From the IMG/VR virus record IMGVR_UViG_2061766007_001501: a stretch of DNA of 64,000 nt; one strand, 5' to 3'. Positions 32,716 to 43,851 of this stretch are shown piece after piece. How positions within the stretch are numbered: the first letter of the stretch is position 1; each line of letters begins with the position of its first letter. The translations under genes and the position numbers were made by a program. This DNA is from an uncultured virus (IMG/VR IMGVR_UViG_2061766007_001501) (lineage: Duplodnaviria; Heunggongvirae; Uroviricota; Caudoviricetes). The notes under the pieces are model-generated. The model was not told the origin of the DNA and ran no database searches. It saw only the letters and a program-made list of their open reading frames with translations.

Positions 32716-34619
32716 TCAGAACGGCAGATCATCTCCGGCATCCACCACCGTATACCCGTCGTTCCTATCCGTCTCTTCCGGCGCCGTTTCCGTCCGTTCC
32801 GTCTCCTTCTGCTCCGCGTCCTCTTCGTCATACACCAGCGCCACGCACGGGACCTTCGCGTCCCCAACCTTCTTCCGCTTTGTCAGCCGGTTGTTTGCGC
32901 TGCCCGTTCCGTATTCGTCCGTCAAAATCTTCCGGTTCCGCTTCGCCCAGGTCAGGAACGATCCCGGGCTGAACCCGCCCTTCTGCAACTCCCGGTCAAA
33001 GATCGTGCGGATGATGTACACCACATTCTCTTCCCGAACGCCCCATTGCTCGCCGTTGTTGTTGTCGTCGGTAAAGCGGATCTGGTTCGCGCCGATCACG
33101 CCCAGCAGCCACTGATAGCACCGGAAGTTCNNNNNNNNNNAGGTACGGTTTCACTTCCTCCACCGTCAGCGCCTTCCCGTCCTTAAACAGCAGCACTTCC
33201 GCCAGCTTGTCCGCCGCCAGCAGGATGGAAGCGGACAGCACCTGCTTGTCCTGAATGTCCCCGCTCAGTTCGTGGTAATACCGCTGCTGGATGACCTTCA
33301 GCGCTTCCACGTTCTTCTCGTTCTTCAGCGCTTCTACAAACCGCCGCCCCGCGAATCCGTAGTGGTCCTTCAGCGCTTCGGCCACCTTCCGNNNNNNNNN
33401 NNNNNNNNNNNNNNNNNNNNNNNNTGAATTGCTCTGCACAATCGGCATTTCCCCGCTCGTCAGCACGCACGTACACCACCGCCGCTGAAGCTGAAGTCCG
33501 CCTTCCCTGCTTCCGCGGCCCTTGCTCATGCCCTCGCACAGCATGTAGATGATGTCGTCAAAACTCTTCCGGTCGCTGATCACCTGCAGCTCGTCCAGAA
33601 AGATCGGCACGTTGCAGCAGAACGCAGCGTACAGCTCGTGGCTCACCTTCGTCCCGCCGAAGTGCTTGAGATACCCGGCGCCTGTGTCCGGATTGCCCCA
33701 GACGCTTGCCGCCANNNNNNNNNNATCCCTGCGTCCCCCACAGATGCACAAAGAAGCTCAGCGCGTGACAGATGGACACAATCGGAGCCGCAAAACTCGC
33801 CGCCAGCGCGATCCGGGCCGGTACGCTCGTTCCACTCCGAACCTCCTTCGCGATCTCCATCCATGTATCGAAGTCCCCGTGCTCCTTAAAGTTGTCGAAC
33901 ATCCGGATAAACTCGCCGTTATCCCCGTCGTACACAACCTCTTTGCAGTATGGCGAAAACTGTCCGTTCGGCAGCCAGCCCATATGCCCCGTGCTCTGCT
34001 GGTTCGGCAGGTCCTCATAGTTGATGCTTTCCAGCTCCGTCAAATACTTTACGACTTCCTTCGCGTTCTCGCTGTTCACGGCGATGCCGTTCCGGGCCAG
34101 GGCGATCACCTTCTGTGCGGAAGCGAGCTGTTCCCTTCCGGCGATCAGGCTCCGCCACTTCCCGCCCCGGCTGTAGGCGATCTCCAGTTTTTCCTCGTTG
34201 CTGTCGATGTTCACGATGCGCTTCACCGGCATGATCGGATGGGAGCAGACTTCCACTTCCTCCCCCATCCGTCCCGTGTAGGCGATGCCGAACTGGTCGC
34301 AGATATACTTTCCGCTGTGCAGCTGCACCGGCTGGTCCGGGAACATCGTCACAAAGTCGCCGAGAATCTGCTGTTTCGGTTCCTTCGCTTCCAGGTATTT
34401 CTTCCAGATGCCGAGAAACCCGGAGAACTTCAGCCGCTTCGCGATCAGGTTCATTTTCCCCAATAACTGCTGTTGAAGAAACGGGTTGTCCTTCTGCGCG
34501 TACAGCCACGCATACGGCTTGTNNNNNNNNNNNNNNNNNNNNNNNNNNNNNNNNNNNNNNGTCGCGTCCTGCGGTTCCGTCTCCGGCTGGTTGTTTACGA
34601 TTGTCGCCGCCTCGCTCAT
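32716..34619 (-). CDS. DUF927-domain replicative helicase, broken by N gaps
   Basis: HMGW, FFVHLWGTQG.. Walker A, PIFLDELQ, GKGRG-like and HYGFAG motifs. Confidence 0.8.
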
Positions 34620-35059
34620 TGCTGTCCCGTTCCTTCCTGTAGATATGCTTTTACGATCCTGCCGAGTACGTCATAAGCGCACGGAAGTGCGATGCCATTC
34701 CCCCATAGCTTGTACTGCGCTGAATCGCTTCCTTCCGCCCCGTCGCACCACCAGTCTGGGAATCCCTGTAATCGCGCACACTCCGTCGGTGTCAGGCGGC
34801 GCAATACATACTTTCTTGCGTCCTGTTCCATGTTGTCCTCCTGTACTAAATCTCTTGCGTCCTTGTAGTCTCTGTGAGCTAAGGTGCTCGATACCCCCCC
34901 CCTCACAAATTCCNNNNNNNNNNNNNNNNNNNNNNNNNNNNNNNNNNNNNNNNNNNTTTCTATCACCGGGAGCATGTTGTTGAACGCGTCCTGCCCGGTA
35001 TAACTCCCCGGATGACTGTTCGCGCACAGCGCGCCGGTAATTGTCGGATATACTTTCAT
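34616..35059 (-). CDS. C5 DNA methyltransferase C-terminal polypeptide (TRD modules plus terminal conserved motifs)
   Basis: RRLTPTECARLQGFPD...YKLWGNGIA. Confidence 0.85.
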   Translation of the reverse strand: MKVYPTITGALCANSHPGSYTGQDAFNNMLPVIEXXXXXXXXXXXXXXXEFVRGGVSSTLAHRDYKDARDLVQEDNMEQDARKYVLRRLTPTECARLQGFPDWWCDGAEGSDSAQYKLWGNGIALPCAYDVLGRIVKAYLQEGTGQQ

Positions 35060-35065
35060 AAACGA

Positions 35066-37553
35066 TCAATCCCTCGCTGCCGCCCCAATGTCACCACCGG
35101 ACACCAGGAGAGTGGGCAGCCCTTCCTCGTGTTGCGCGTAACGGTTTGCGACAAACATTACCAATGGAACGTTGCCCCCCCTGTACCGCATCTGGCGGAT
35201 AGCGTCTGGCACGTTCCGCTTTCGTCAATCCGTACTCTGCTGTCCGCAGGGTGATTCTCGATCATGTAATAATCGTTCATGGCATATAACCTGTGCTCCC
35301 TTGTAGTCTGTCGAGGTCAGGGTGTTCGCTTTGTTTTCCGTCACCATCATGCTGATCTCCCGTTCCATCATAGCGAGTACCCTCCCTCGGGATTTCCGTA
35401 ACACACGCATTGCGGGAACTTGTAATCTATCCTCGCAACCGTGGATGCCACGCCATCCGCATGAAATCCGAGCCTTGTTCTATATGGGATCATGTTGATT
35501 ACCTTCATCGTTCTTTCTCATTTCAGCACTGTACGCAACGATGCCGGGGTCTTTGAAATCATTGGCTGTCAAGGTATCGCAGCNNNNNNNNNNNNNNNNN
35601 NNNNNNNNNNNNNNNNNNNNNNNNNNNNNNNTGTTCATTCATGTTCTCCATCAGCACCGGATTCAGATAGTTATAACTGAATCCTCCGCTTTCCTTTGCC
35701 TGCAAAGTTCCGCTCCTGTTCTCGTTCAGTTCCAGATTTCTACAGTCCACGCTGTAACAAATCATCATGCCGCCCTGATTGCAGCTCGGCTCAAGGCATC
35801 TCGTATCCAGGCATTTCGCAACCTGCGTTTCATGGATTCCGCTGTGCGGATTGCTGCTCTTGAAACTGTTGCTGCTGATTGCGTCCAGCGAATAACAAAC
35901 GCTATGCCGCTCTATCGTATTCAGCGTGAACGATTTGCCGGATTCGCTGTACCCCCCCCCTAAATGAGAAGGCCGTGCGCCGTTGCCCTCAATGGCAATT
36001 ACCACGGCGTGCCGGTCCTGCGTGTTCAGCGTCGGACTCACGTTCTCACACCAACCTCTACCGTTCTTACTGCTTGCTCTGTCCACGGTGTTTCCCTCAA
36101 TGGCGTACACGATCCCGTGCACCTGTCCTCCGGCCGCGTTCCCCGCGTCCAACGTTCTATACACTCCGTTCACGTCGTAAATCTTCTTGTTCTGGCAGTC
36201 CCACGGGTTCAGGCAGTTCACGCTGTTTTCTGTCATAGAGTACATATCCCTTTCCGCCGCCCTGTCCCGCATATAACGTATACCAAACGCCATCTGCCGC
36301 GAACACCTGTCTGCTTTGAACGTCCCAAGGCGTTATGCATCCTGTAACTTCTGATTCTTCCATCTGAACCTTACCTTGCAGCCTTTTTGTGACCTGTACC
36401 GGGTGTTCGTGTGCTTGCATTCGCATGATCCGGTCCGGTGATTGTGAAATGTTCCGTGGTTCAGCCCTATCTCGCATTTCCCCCATTTCAGGTATATATC
36501 GTCCGGCACCCAATGCGCGCAGTTTGCACAGATTCTCGCTGTGTCGCTTCTCGCCGCGGGCCGGATATATGAATGATAATCACCTGTCATCTTCTCTCTC
36601 TCCTACCAGATAATATCTGCTATCATTTACAAGTGTCGGACATGGATCGCCCGGTTGCGGATTGCTTCCGCTGTTCGCGCTCGTGATGATGATGCCTGGA
36701 TAGACAACATAATTTGTGTTATGCATGCCGGACTCGGCTGTAATCGCACCGGCGCACATCCCCATATCGCGCACTTCCTCACGCTGGTTCTGCTGAAAGC
36801 AGACAACATGAACGTCATGTCCGTGCATTGCGTTCAATGAAAAGCACTTCCCGTTATCATTCGTTCCGCACATTCCCTTGTTCCCCTGAAAATTCAGACA
36901 GATGATTTCCTGAAACATACAGCATGAACTCCGCTTGCCTTTTCTGTCGGACAAATATTTTCGTAATAGCACGGTCCCTGCGCTGTGCAGTTTCCTCCGG
37001 TTGTCACAACATGGTCGATCGCATAGCATACAGCAGGTTGATTGTCACCCATCTCTGCCCGCAACGTTCCGCACATATCCTCGACAAAACGGCTTCCGTT
37101 CCCTTCACGCTTCGCGATTCCGGGTTCAAAACAGATGATTGGAAGCGCCGCATGGCTTTCTGCGCGAAGCGTTTCCGCAACATCGCCCGATTCATACCAG
37201 CGATTGGTGAGTCCGCATACAACCGGCGGATGCCCGTGATCCTGTGCCCTAAGTGTCGCCGCGATGTCGGACGTTTCCATTACAGATCCGCCCTGATCGT
37301 TCAGCACAATCACGCTCGGCCCGGCATGCGTTGAGGATGAACACGCGTTCGCTGTGAGCGTTACGGCTTTGTCGCCGGAAAGGCATCCGTTGTAGATGTC
37401 GCATCCGATGACGGAAGGTTCAGATCGCTGTGTACCCCCCCCCTATGCGATCAAGCACGACNNNNNNNNNNNNNNNNNGTTCTCGCCTTCCGCTCTCAGC
37501 GTTCCGCACCCTTCCATCCAGTATCCCTTCCCGGATTCGTTAAAAATCCTCAT
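35066..37553 (-). other. Array of about 20 TRD-like modules of a C5 methyltransferase in several short ORFs
   Basis: Repeated TL-type units (TLRAE, TLRAQ, TLDAG, TLNTQ, TLQAK, TLTST, TLSAR); ORFs 36894-37553 (frameshifted), 36580-36918, 36157-36363, 35480-36236, 35368-35508, 35225-35371, 35158-35280. Confidence 0.75.
36333..36590 (-). CDS. Cys-rich hypothetical gene inserted in the TRD array
   Basis: CANCAHW...C; no TL module. Confidence 0.5.
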   Translation of the reverse strand: MTGDYHSYIRPAARSDTARICANCAHWVPDDIYLKWGKCEIGLNHGTFHNHRTGSCECKHTNTRYRSQKGCKVRFRWKNQKLQDA

Positions 37554-38055
37554 CGTTGAAGTCGTTCCTGTCTTCGTCCATCATGAAAACGCCGTCATCA
37601 AACTCTGCGCCGTCGTCCGGAAGTTCTTCGTCATTCACATCCAAACCAGCGAAACGGCAGGTCTCCGTCAGGGCTTCCAGCAACATAGTCGGAAGCTCTT
37701 TTCCACGCTTCCTCGCCCTCCGCATGATCCCAAGCGCCGCTTTCCCGCTCAAAGAATATCTCTCCGGCGCGTTCAGTTGCAAAATCTGCGATAAGGTAGA
37801 TTCTGCGCCGCCGCTGCGGAACTCCCCACCCCTGGGCGTCGTACACCCGCCAGGCAACGCTCCAACCGTGTCCCAGTATGCACCCAAAAGGTTTCCACCC
37901 CCCCCTCGGAGGTCCAGGAACAGCATCGTCGGCGTTTCCGACAACGTCGGCAAACGCCTGGAGGACTGCCTGGAAGTCTTTTCCGTCGTTGGAACTGAAT
38001 GCGCCGGGGACGTTTTCCCACACAGCGAATCGAGGAAACTTATCTGCTGTTGCAT
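37540..38055 (-). CDS. Overlapping alternative-frame methyltransferase subunit (M.EcoHK31I beta-like)
   Basis: GGAG SD; LSQILQLNAPERYSLSGKAALGIMRRA; mostly nested in the catalytic gene. Confidence 0.7.
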   Translation of the reverse strand: MQQQISFLDSLCGKTSPAHSVPTTEKTSRQSSRRLPTLSETPTMLFLDLRGGGGNLLGAYWDTVGALPGGCTTPRGGEFRSGGAESTLSQILQLNAPERYSLSGKAALGIMRRARKRGKELPTMLLEALTETCRFAGLDVNDEELPDDGAEFDDGVFMMDEDRNDFNDEDF

Positions 38056-38377
38056 ACCGCATCTCCTTTATAATCCGTATTGCTTCAAAAAACAGGTTCG
38101 ACCGTTCTCCGTCGTGTATGCCAAGCTGCTTTCCGGCAACCGACAGATCCTGGCATGGGGAACCGAATGTGATAATATCCACCGGTTCAACCTCGTCGCC
38201 TTTTACGTCCGTCACGCTTCCAAGGTGCTTCATCCCCGGAAATCGGTTCGTTGTCACCCGAATCGGAAAAGGTTCGATCTCCGACGCCCACACCGGCTCA
38301 ATCCCGTGCAGTGCTCCGGCCAGCGGAAATCCTCCGCTCCCATCAAACAAACTGCCGAGCTTAATCTTACCTTCCAT
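37631..38377 (-). CDS. C5 DNA methyltransferase N-terminal catalytic polypeptide (motifs I-VIII)
   Basis: SLFDGSGG, GSPCQDLS, WENVPG, GVPQRRRRIY. Confidence 0.92.
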   Translation of the reverse strand: MEGKIKLGSLFDGSGGFPLAGALHGIEPVWASEIEPFPIRVTTNRFPGMKHLGSVTDVKGDEVEPVDIITFGSPCQDLSVAGKQLGIHDGERSNLFFEAIRIIKEMRYATADKFPRFAVWENVPGAFSSNDGKDFQAVLQAFADVVGNADDAVPGPPRGGWKPFGCILGHGWSVAWRVYDAQGWGVPQRRRRIYLIADFATERAGEIFFERESGAWDHAEGEEAWKRASDYVAGSPDGDLPFRWFGCE

Positions 38378-38850
38378 TCTTCCTCTCCTTCCACACTTCC
38401 CCCAGGTAATCCATCATCGTCACCATCATCGGAATAATCAGCGGGTTCCCGTCGTGTTCCGCCGCTGCTCTTTCGCACTCATTTGCCGCTTTCACCCAAT
38501 ATTCCTCATCATCCCGTGGCGGATAAAACTGTTCCAGGAAGTCAAACGCCGCCCGGAACGCCGCCTGATGCAGTTTCTTTGTTTTTGCCGCTTCCTCCAT
38601 CGCTCTGTCAAATTCCAGCAGCTCCCGCGCAACCGTATCCGCTGCCATCGTTTCGTCACCTTCCTTCCCATATCACATGGTCTTTATCATCCACAGCACA
38701 AACAGCACAATCAAAACCCACCAGTACCATGCCAATGGCGATCTCTCCGTTTCGCAGCCTTCCGATCCCGCACGATGCCGACAATTCCGAACACGACGCA
38801 TACCGCCAACAGGACGCACACCGTAATCACCCACGGATTGCCCCAGTCAA

Positions 38851-39516
38851 TCACGATCCCGTTCTGCATAGCTTCCACACCTCATACTCGATACTGTCCC
38901 GGTATTCCCTCAACCAATCGATGTTGTTCGCCGCGATTACATACCGCCACGAAAAGCCCTCATCCGGCGTTTTAGGCCCTTCCCGCTTTAGTACCTGCTC
39001 CGCGTACCATACGGCGTCGGAAGCGTCCAGAAGGGNNNNNNNNNNNNNNNNNNNNNNNNNNNNGCTCCGCTTGCTCCCGTTCTGCCCGTTCCTGCCGCTT
39101 CTGCTCATACTCCCGGCGCCGTGTTTCGCTCTCGCTGTGGTACACCGCCTGCTTCATGCGATCTGCGAGATTTCCCCGCATCCCGTCCGCCTCCGTTCCG
39201 TTTCGCGTACCTCGCCGCGTTCCTTTCCCGCGACCGCCAGTTCTTTTCGTCCNNNNNNNNNNNNNNNNNNNNNNNNNNNNNNNATGAATCCGCATCCGTT
39301 CACCTGCTTCACCAGGTCGATGGTCCCCCCTGAGGCATGGCATGTGAAACAGTAAAAGCCGCGGTCGCCCGGATACAACTTGCAGTTGTTCCTTTCTCCG
39401 TGATGCACAGGGCACTTGCACCGTCCGGCATGGTCGATCTGCAATCCCAATGCCCGCGCTGCCTCGATCACCGGCACATCGGAGCGTATCCTGTCCGCAA
39501 TATACTGAACGTCCAT
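38851..39516 (-). CDS. CHC2 zinc-finger primase-like protein, spans N gaps
   Basis: CPVHHGE...FYCFTCHASGGTIDLV. Confidence 0.75.
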
Positions 39517-40397
39517 TTTTTACGGCATCTCCTGTAATTTCCCGTGTTTGTCCTCTTTCCATACCTTTCGCTTTTCTTCGTACCGCAGATTCCGGTCCAT
39601 CTCGTTCAGCTGCAGGATTTCAAGCGCCCACAGCTTGATCTTGTCGTGCTTGCCGCCCGCCGTCGAATACCGCTTAATCGCTTCGCACAGATCACAGATT
39701 CGTGCGGAAATTCCTACATAGTATGGAGCGCATCCGAGCGGTGGTTTGTCAGAAATCTCAACTTTCTCACGATCTACTGTTGTTTCTGTTTCATTTCTTC
39801 CGTAATTGAGGATGGCATCGTAACGTGATTTTCTTATCCCAAAAGAGCACTTCGGACATTCCAGACGCACTGCTGTTCCGGTAGTTACTACCACTGTTTT
39901 CTTTTGCATTTCCGTTCCGCACTCCGGACAAATGTACCGTTCCATCTCATTTCCCTCCGCACATGGCAATGACCATCCCATACGCTTCCTGCTTCGTGAA
40001 CCCGGCCCGTTGCAGTTCTGTGTACACCGCAAACATCTGCTGCGCCACATCCTGCGCTCTCTGATACTTTTCCGCCAGCTCCGGGTCAAACAGCTCTGCT
40101 TTCAGACTGTTCAGGATATCCGATGCCAGTACCGCTTCTTTCGGGTTCTTCTGTTCCGGTTTCGTTTCGTGTTTTTTGTTATTGCTCTGTTCCACTTTTT
40201 ACACCTCCGCATGTAATTATTCAGCCGGTTCCGTATGTCCCGACGCTGCCTGAATCTGTCCCATATAACACTTCATGATCTGCTTGCGACACTCATCGCA
40301 CGCCCAACCGATCCAGTCAGGCAAAACCAGTACGTGCAATTTGGCGTTGTGCCTGCCGCACAGTTCGCATGTCCCGTACTTTTCAAACGGTTTCAGT

Positions 40398-41414
40398 TCA
40401 GACAAATCCGTCTTCGTGGTTTTCATTCGTGATTCTCCCGTCCATTCTTGACTTGTTCATGATGTAATCCTCAAACTTCGGAACGCTTTTGAATACCTGT
40501 TTCGCATTGCACCATGATTGCAAGTGCCTTATTTCCTTCGGCGCGTTCGGCTTGTTGTAAATCATCAGGTACGGGTCAAATCCGTGTTCCCGAAGCCAGT
40601 AAATCCGGTAAAGCGCCCGTTCAATGTGTTCCTCAACCGTAACATTCTCAAAGTTCGTCAGACAGTACACCATGCCGATATTGCTTTTCCTTCGGAACCG
40701 ATTCGCAAAGTTCTCAAACTTCTCTTCGAGCCTGTCTTCCGGATTATCCCAGGCAAAATGCAGCGTTCTCAGCCGCATCCGGTTAATATTGTCTATGTCC
40801 TCGTCGTTCAGGCATCGAATATCCAATCCTTGTGTGAAGTCCAGCATTGCCCCGGTTTCCCTGTATTGCCGCATCAGGTCGCGCTTCTCTTTGCAGGCCG
40901 TAATGTTTGGGTCGAGAATCTTGATCTCTTTCTTTCCAGTTTCCGGCATCCAAAAGTCGCTCACATCCGCAACCTTCGTACTGCACCGCCCTTCTTTAGC
41001 CGCCACATGGCAGAACTGACAACCTCTCGGACATCCACGGCTCGTCATGCTCACAGCGTAGTCAAACTGCGGATAAATGCTGTAGTCCGGAAACATCCGT
41101 TCAATCTCGTCCTGGAGCGTTGCGTGTTTGTTCTTGTCAAACACTTCCTTTCCATCTACAAGCGATATGGCGTACCCCGTGCCGCCCTTCACCACCCGGT
41201 CCGCGTTCATCGGCTCCGGCACGTCCGGCGAGTAAGCGTTGCTGAACACCTTGCTCATGTACACGATGTCGTAGTGAACGAAGTCCGTCCACCACCACTC
41301 CACTTCGTCGCCCTGTTTCTTATGCCATGCGGAAATCCTCATCAGCGCCAGGTTTGGGAACTTTGCTTTCCTATGGTGAGCCATCGCGTCCACATCGATC
41401 AGACCGATCTTCAT
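40398..41414 (-). CDS. Radical SAM protein (phage type)
   Basis: MKIGLIDVD...FPNLALM; SRGCPRGCQFC (CxxxCxxC). Confidence 0.85.
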   Translation of the reverse strand: MKIGLIDVDAMAHHRKAKFPNLALMRISAWHKKQGDEVEWWWTDFVHYDIVYMSKVFSNAYSPDVPEPMNADRVVKGGTGYAISLVDGKEVFDKNKHATLQDEIERMFPDYSIYPQFDYAVSMTSRGCPRGCQFCHVAAKEGRCSTKVADVSDFWMPETGKKEIKILDPNITACKEKRDLMRQYRETGAMLDFTQGLDIRCLNDEDIDNINRMRLRTLHFAWDNPEDRLEEKFENFANRFRRKSNIGMVYCLTNFENVTVEEHIERALYRIYWLREHGFDPYLMIYNKPNAPKEIRHLQSWCNAKQVFKSVPKFEDYIMNKSRMDGRITNENHEDGFV

Positions 41415-42112
41415 GCTCCATGTCCTTTTACAAAGCGTTCGGGTATTGGCTCTGATATTATTCTTTCTTCCGGCCAACCACGAAATCGTCTATCATAAAT
41501 AACGTGTTGCGGTATATCCAGTATCTTTGCCCACTCTTTCGGAGAATGTGTTTCGCCGTTGTATGTAAGAAAGATATTTCTTCTGGTGTTTCCGCATTGA
41601 ATCTCCCTTGTGGCCCATCTGCAATTTTCAGGACAATAGTTACCGTCATTGTTGATCCTGTCTATTGATAGTCCCTTGCCATATCCATGGGATAAAGACC
41701 AATCGCGGAAAGCAAGATAATCGTTCCATTCATCGCAAATGGTTATGCCTCTGCCACCATAATTCTTGTATTCTTTGTTATGCGAATTAAAGCACCTTTC
41801 TCTCATTCCTTTCCAAATAAAATAAAGGCGCTCTTTTTTTGAATACCCATGCGTGACGTTTCGTTTCATGCAAATTTCATATGCTTTCTTTCGCTGAACG
41901 CATCCGCAACTGATTGCAGCATATGATGTAAGATTGCTTGTCATGGTGTATGTAATGTTCCCGCAATCGCACATACAACGCCAGTATGCTTTTCCTTTTC
42001 TAAGCCCAACATACTCCTGCACGACAAGGTTTCCAAATCGTTGTCCGGTAATATCTCTTACGTGTTTCCCCATGGGCTTATATACAATCTCGCCAAGCTG
42101 TTCAAACGTCAT
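41411..42112 (-). CDS. HNH-type homing endonuclease
   Basis: DITGQRFGNLVV, CMCDCG, YGGRGI, SIDRINNDGNYCPENCRWAT; AT-rich. Confidence 0.85.
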   Translation of the reverse strand: MTFEQLGEIVYKPMGKHVRDITGQRFGNLVVQEYVGLRKGKAYWRCMCDCGNITYTMTSNLTSYAAISCGCVQRKKAYEICMKRNVTHGYSKKERLYFIWKGMRERCFNSHNKEYKNYGGRGITICDEWNDYLAFRDWSLSHGYGKGLSIDRINNDGNYCPENCRWATREIQCGNTRRNIFLTYNGETHSPKEWAKILDIPQHVIYDRRFRGWPEERIISEPIPERFVKGHGA

Positions 42113-42312
42113 TCTGCGTCACCACCAAGAATCACGTTTCCTGCGTTTTCTTCCAGCCACTTATCAAGGGCGTTCCGTGAAATAACTGGCCTACGTGGAG
42201 AAATCCATACGACCGGAAACCCAGGCGTATGGATTAGTTTGTATGCAGCAACAACTCCAACTTTGAGATACTGTTGCATTTCCTTTACCGTGAACGTTTC
42301 GTTCGTGCTCAT
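42109..42312 (-). CDS. Excisionase-like HTH protein
   Basis: TVKEMQQYLKVG...AYKLI...FPVV...LDKWLE. Confidence 0.65.
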   Translation of the reverse strand: MSTNETFTVKEMQQYLKVGVVAAYKLIHTPGFPVVWISPRRPVISRNALDKWLEENAGNVILGGDAE

Positions 42313-42377
42313 ATGATTGTTCCTTTCCGTACACAGTCGGCTTTTCATTCGTGTTCTTTTGCTCACGTAACGTGTTT

Positions 42378-42406
42378 ATTGTAACAAAATGATGCTCAAA
42401 TGTCAA
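42378..42406 (-). promoter_or_regulatory. Near-consensus sigmaA promoter
   Basis: TTGACA-N17-TACAAT. Confidence 0.8.
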
Positions 42407-42446
42407 TGAATATCACAAGTTACAATGATACAAAAAAGCAAACCAT

Positions 42447-43851
42447 TTAGCACAACGTCCCCAGAAAACCCTTTTCAAACTCTGCTTCAATGCTCCGGTA
42501 CACCCTGCATCGTTCCTTGTACCATCGGACGCATTTCCCTATATTCTCGTCTTTAAAGTCGTACACAACGGGCACGTCCTTCTTGCTTTCGTGCGTCCTG
42601 CGGATTCTGCCTACGCTCTGCTCCACAATCGCTTCATNNNNNNNNNNNNNNNNNNNNNNNNNNNNNNNNNNNNNNNNNNNNNNNNNNNNNNNNNCGAGCG
42701 ATCCGGAAAGATGCGAAAAAGTATTTCTTTTCCCCGATCCGCATCTGCTCCATGGCCTGCTCACGTTCTTCCTTCGCGGTCTTGCTCGTCATTTTCCCGT
42801 CGATGTATACGGATTGTTCCTGCATTTCATACGGCAGAAGGTTCCGAATGGCTTTGAGCTGGTCCAGCCGGTCAGACAGGATCATGCAGCTGTGGTCTTT
42901 CGCGTCTATGATGCACTTTGCGATCAGTTTGTTCCGCTCATAATCGTTCGTCAGGAAGGTAATCAGTTTAATCACGTCGAGCGTCCCATCGTCGTTCATA
43001 CATTCGTCGGACAGTTCTATTCCCGTTTCAACCGTCCGGATTTTGACCGGCGTTGTCTTGCTTGCCGTCGCCTCCTTCGGTATCTCATACGCCACTTCAC
43101 CGATCAAAGAGTATGTTGCCTTAATCAGCCCGTCCCCTCGATGTGGGGTAGCAGTCAAGCCAAATACGTGACGCGCCGCCAGGTTGTTCAGCACCCGTTG
43201 ATACATCGTTACCGTGGACGCCGAAGCACTTACGGCATGGCATTCGTCAACGATAATCACATCCCAGCAATGCCGGAATCTCGTCAGGTCAGACTTGGCA
43301 AGCGTCTGTACGGTTGCGAACGTAATGCCGGTTCCCATATTGATCTTTCCGGCTGTGATAACGCCGAACAGCGACGGGTCGATATACATCTTTGCCCTGT
43401 CGATACTCTGTTTCAGCAGGTCGTGTTTGTTGCACAGCCAAAGCGTTTTCTTCCGTAACGCTTTGATAATGGCTATCGCGCATTGAGTCTTTCCGCTGCC
43501 GCAACCGGCTTTCAGAATCCCGTACTTTGCTTCGATCATCTTCTCTACGGCGACCTGCTGATAATCGTATAGGCCCATATCGGCGTCCCCGTAATCCACC
43601 GTCTCATCCTGCCGGAAGTCCAGCGCCCACGCTCCTTCCCGCACCATCGGCCACAGATCCTTCAGCAGCCCGAACGGAAACACCAGTGCGTTCCCGTCCT
43701 GCTCGTACAGGCGGATTTCCTTCGGTGTCCGTCCTGTCCAGAATCCCATCCGCTGTTTCTTCTCATATTCCGGGTTTGGCAGNNNNNNNNNNNNNNNNNN
43801 NNNNNNNNNNNNNNNNNNNNCCCGGATCATGTTACTGATCGTTGTTTTCAT
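42447..43851 (-). CDS. SF2 (DExH) helicase, spans N gaps
   Basis: LYDYQ, GSGKT, IVDECH, GLTAT, QSVGRIRR. Confidence 0.9.

Noticed and set aside
35066..37553. TRD repeats as a diversity-generating retroelement or shufflon
   Set aside because: No reverse transcriptase, no near-identical TR/VR pair, and all modules lie on one strand without inverted recombination sites
3850..43851. Apparent frameshifts or pseudogenes in connector, scaffold, portal, terL, dnaN, DUF927 and helicase genes
   Set aside because: Every break coincides with an N gap whose length need not preserve frame
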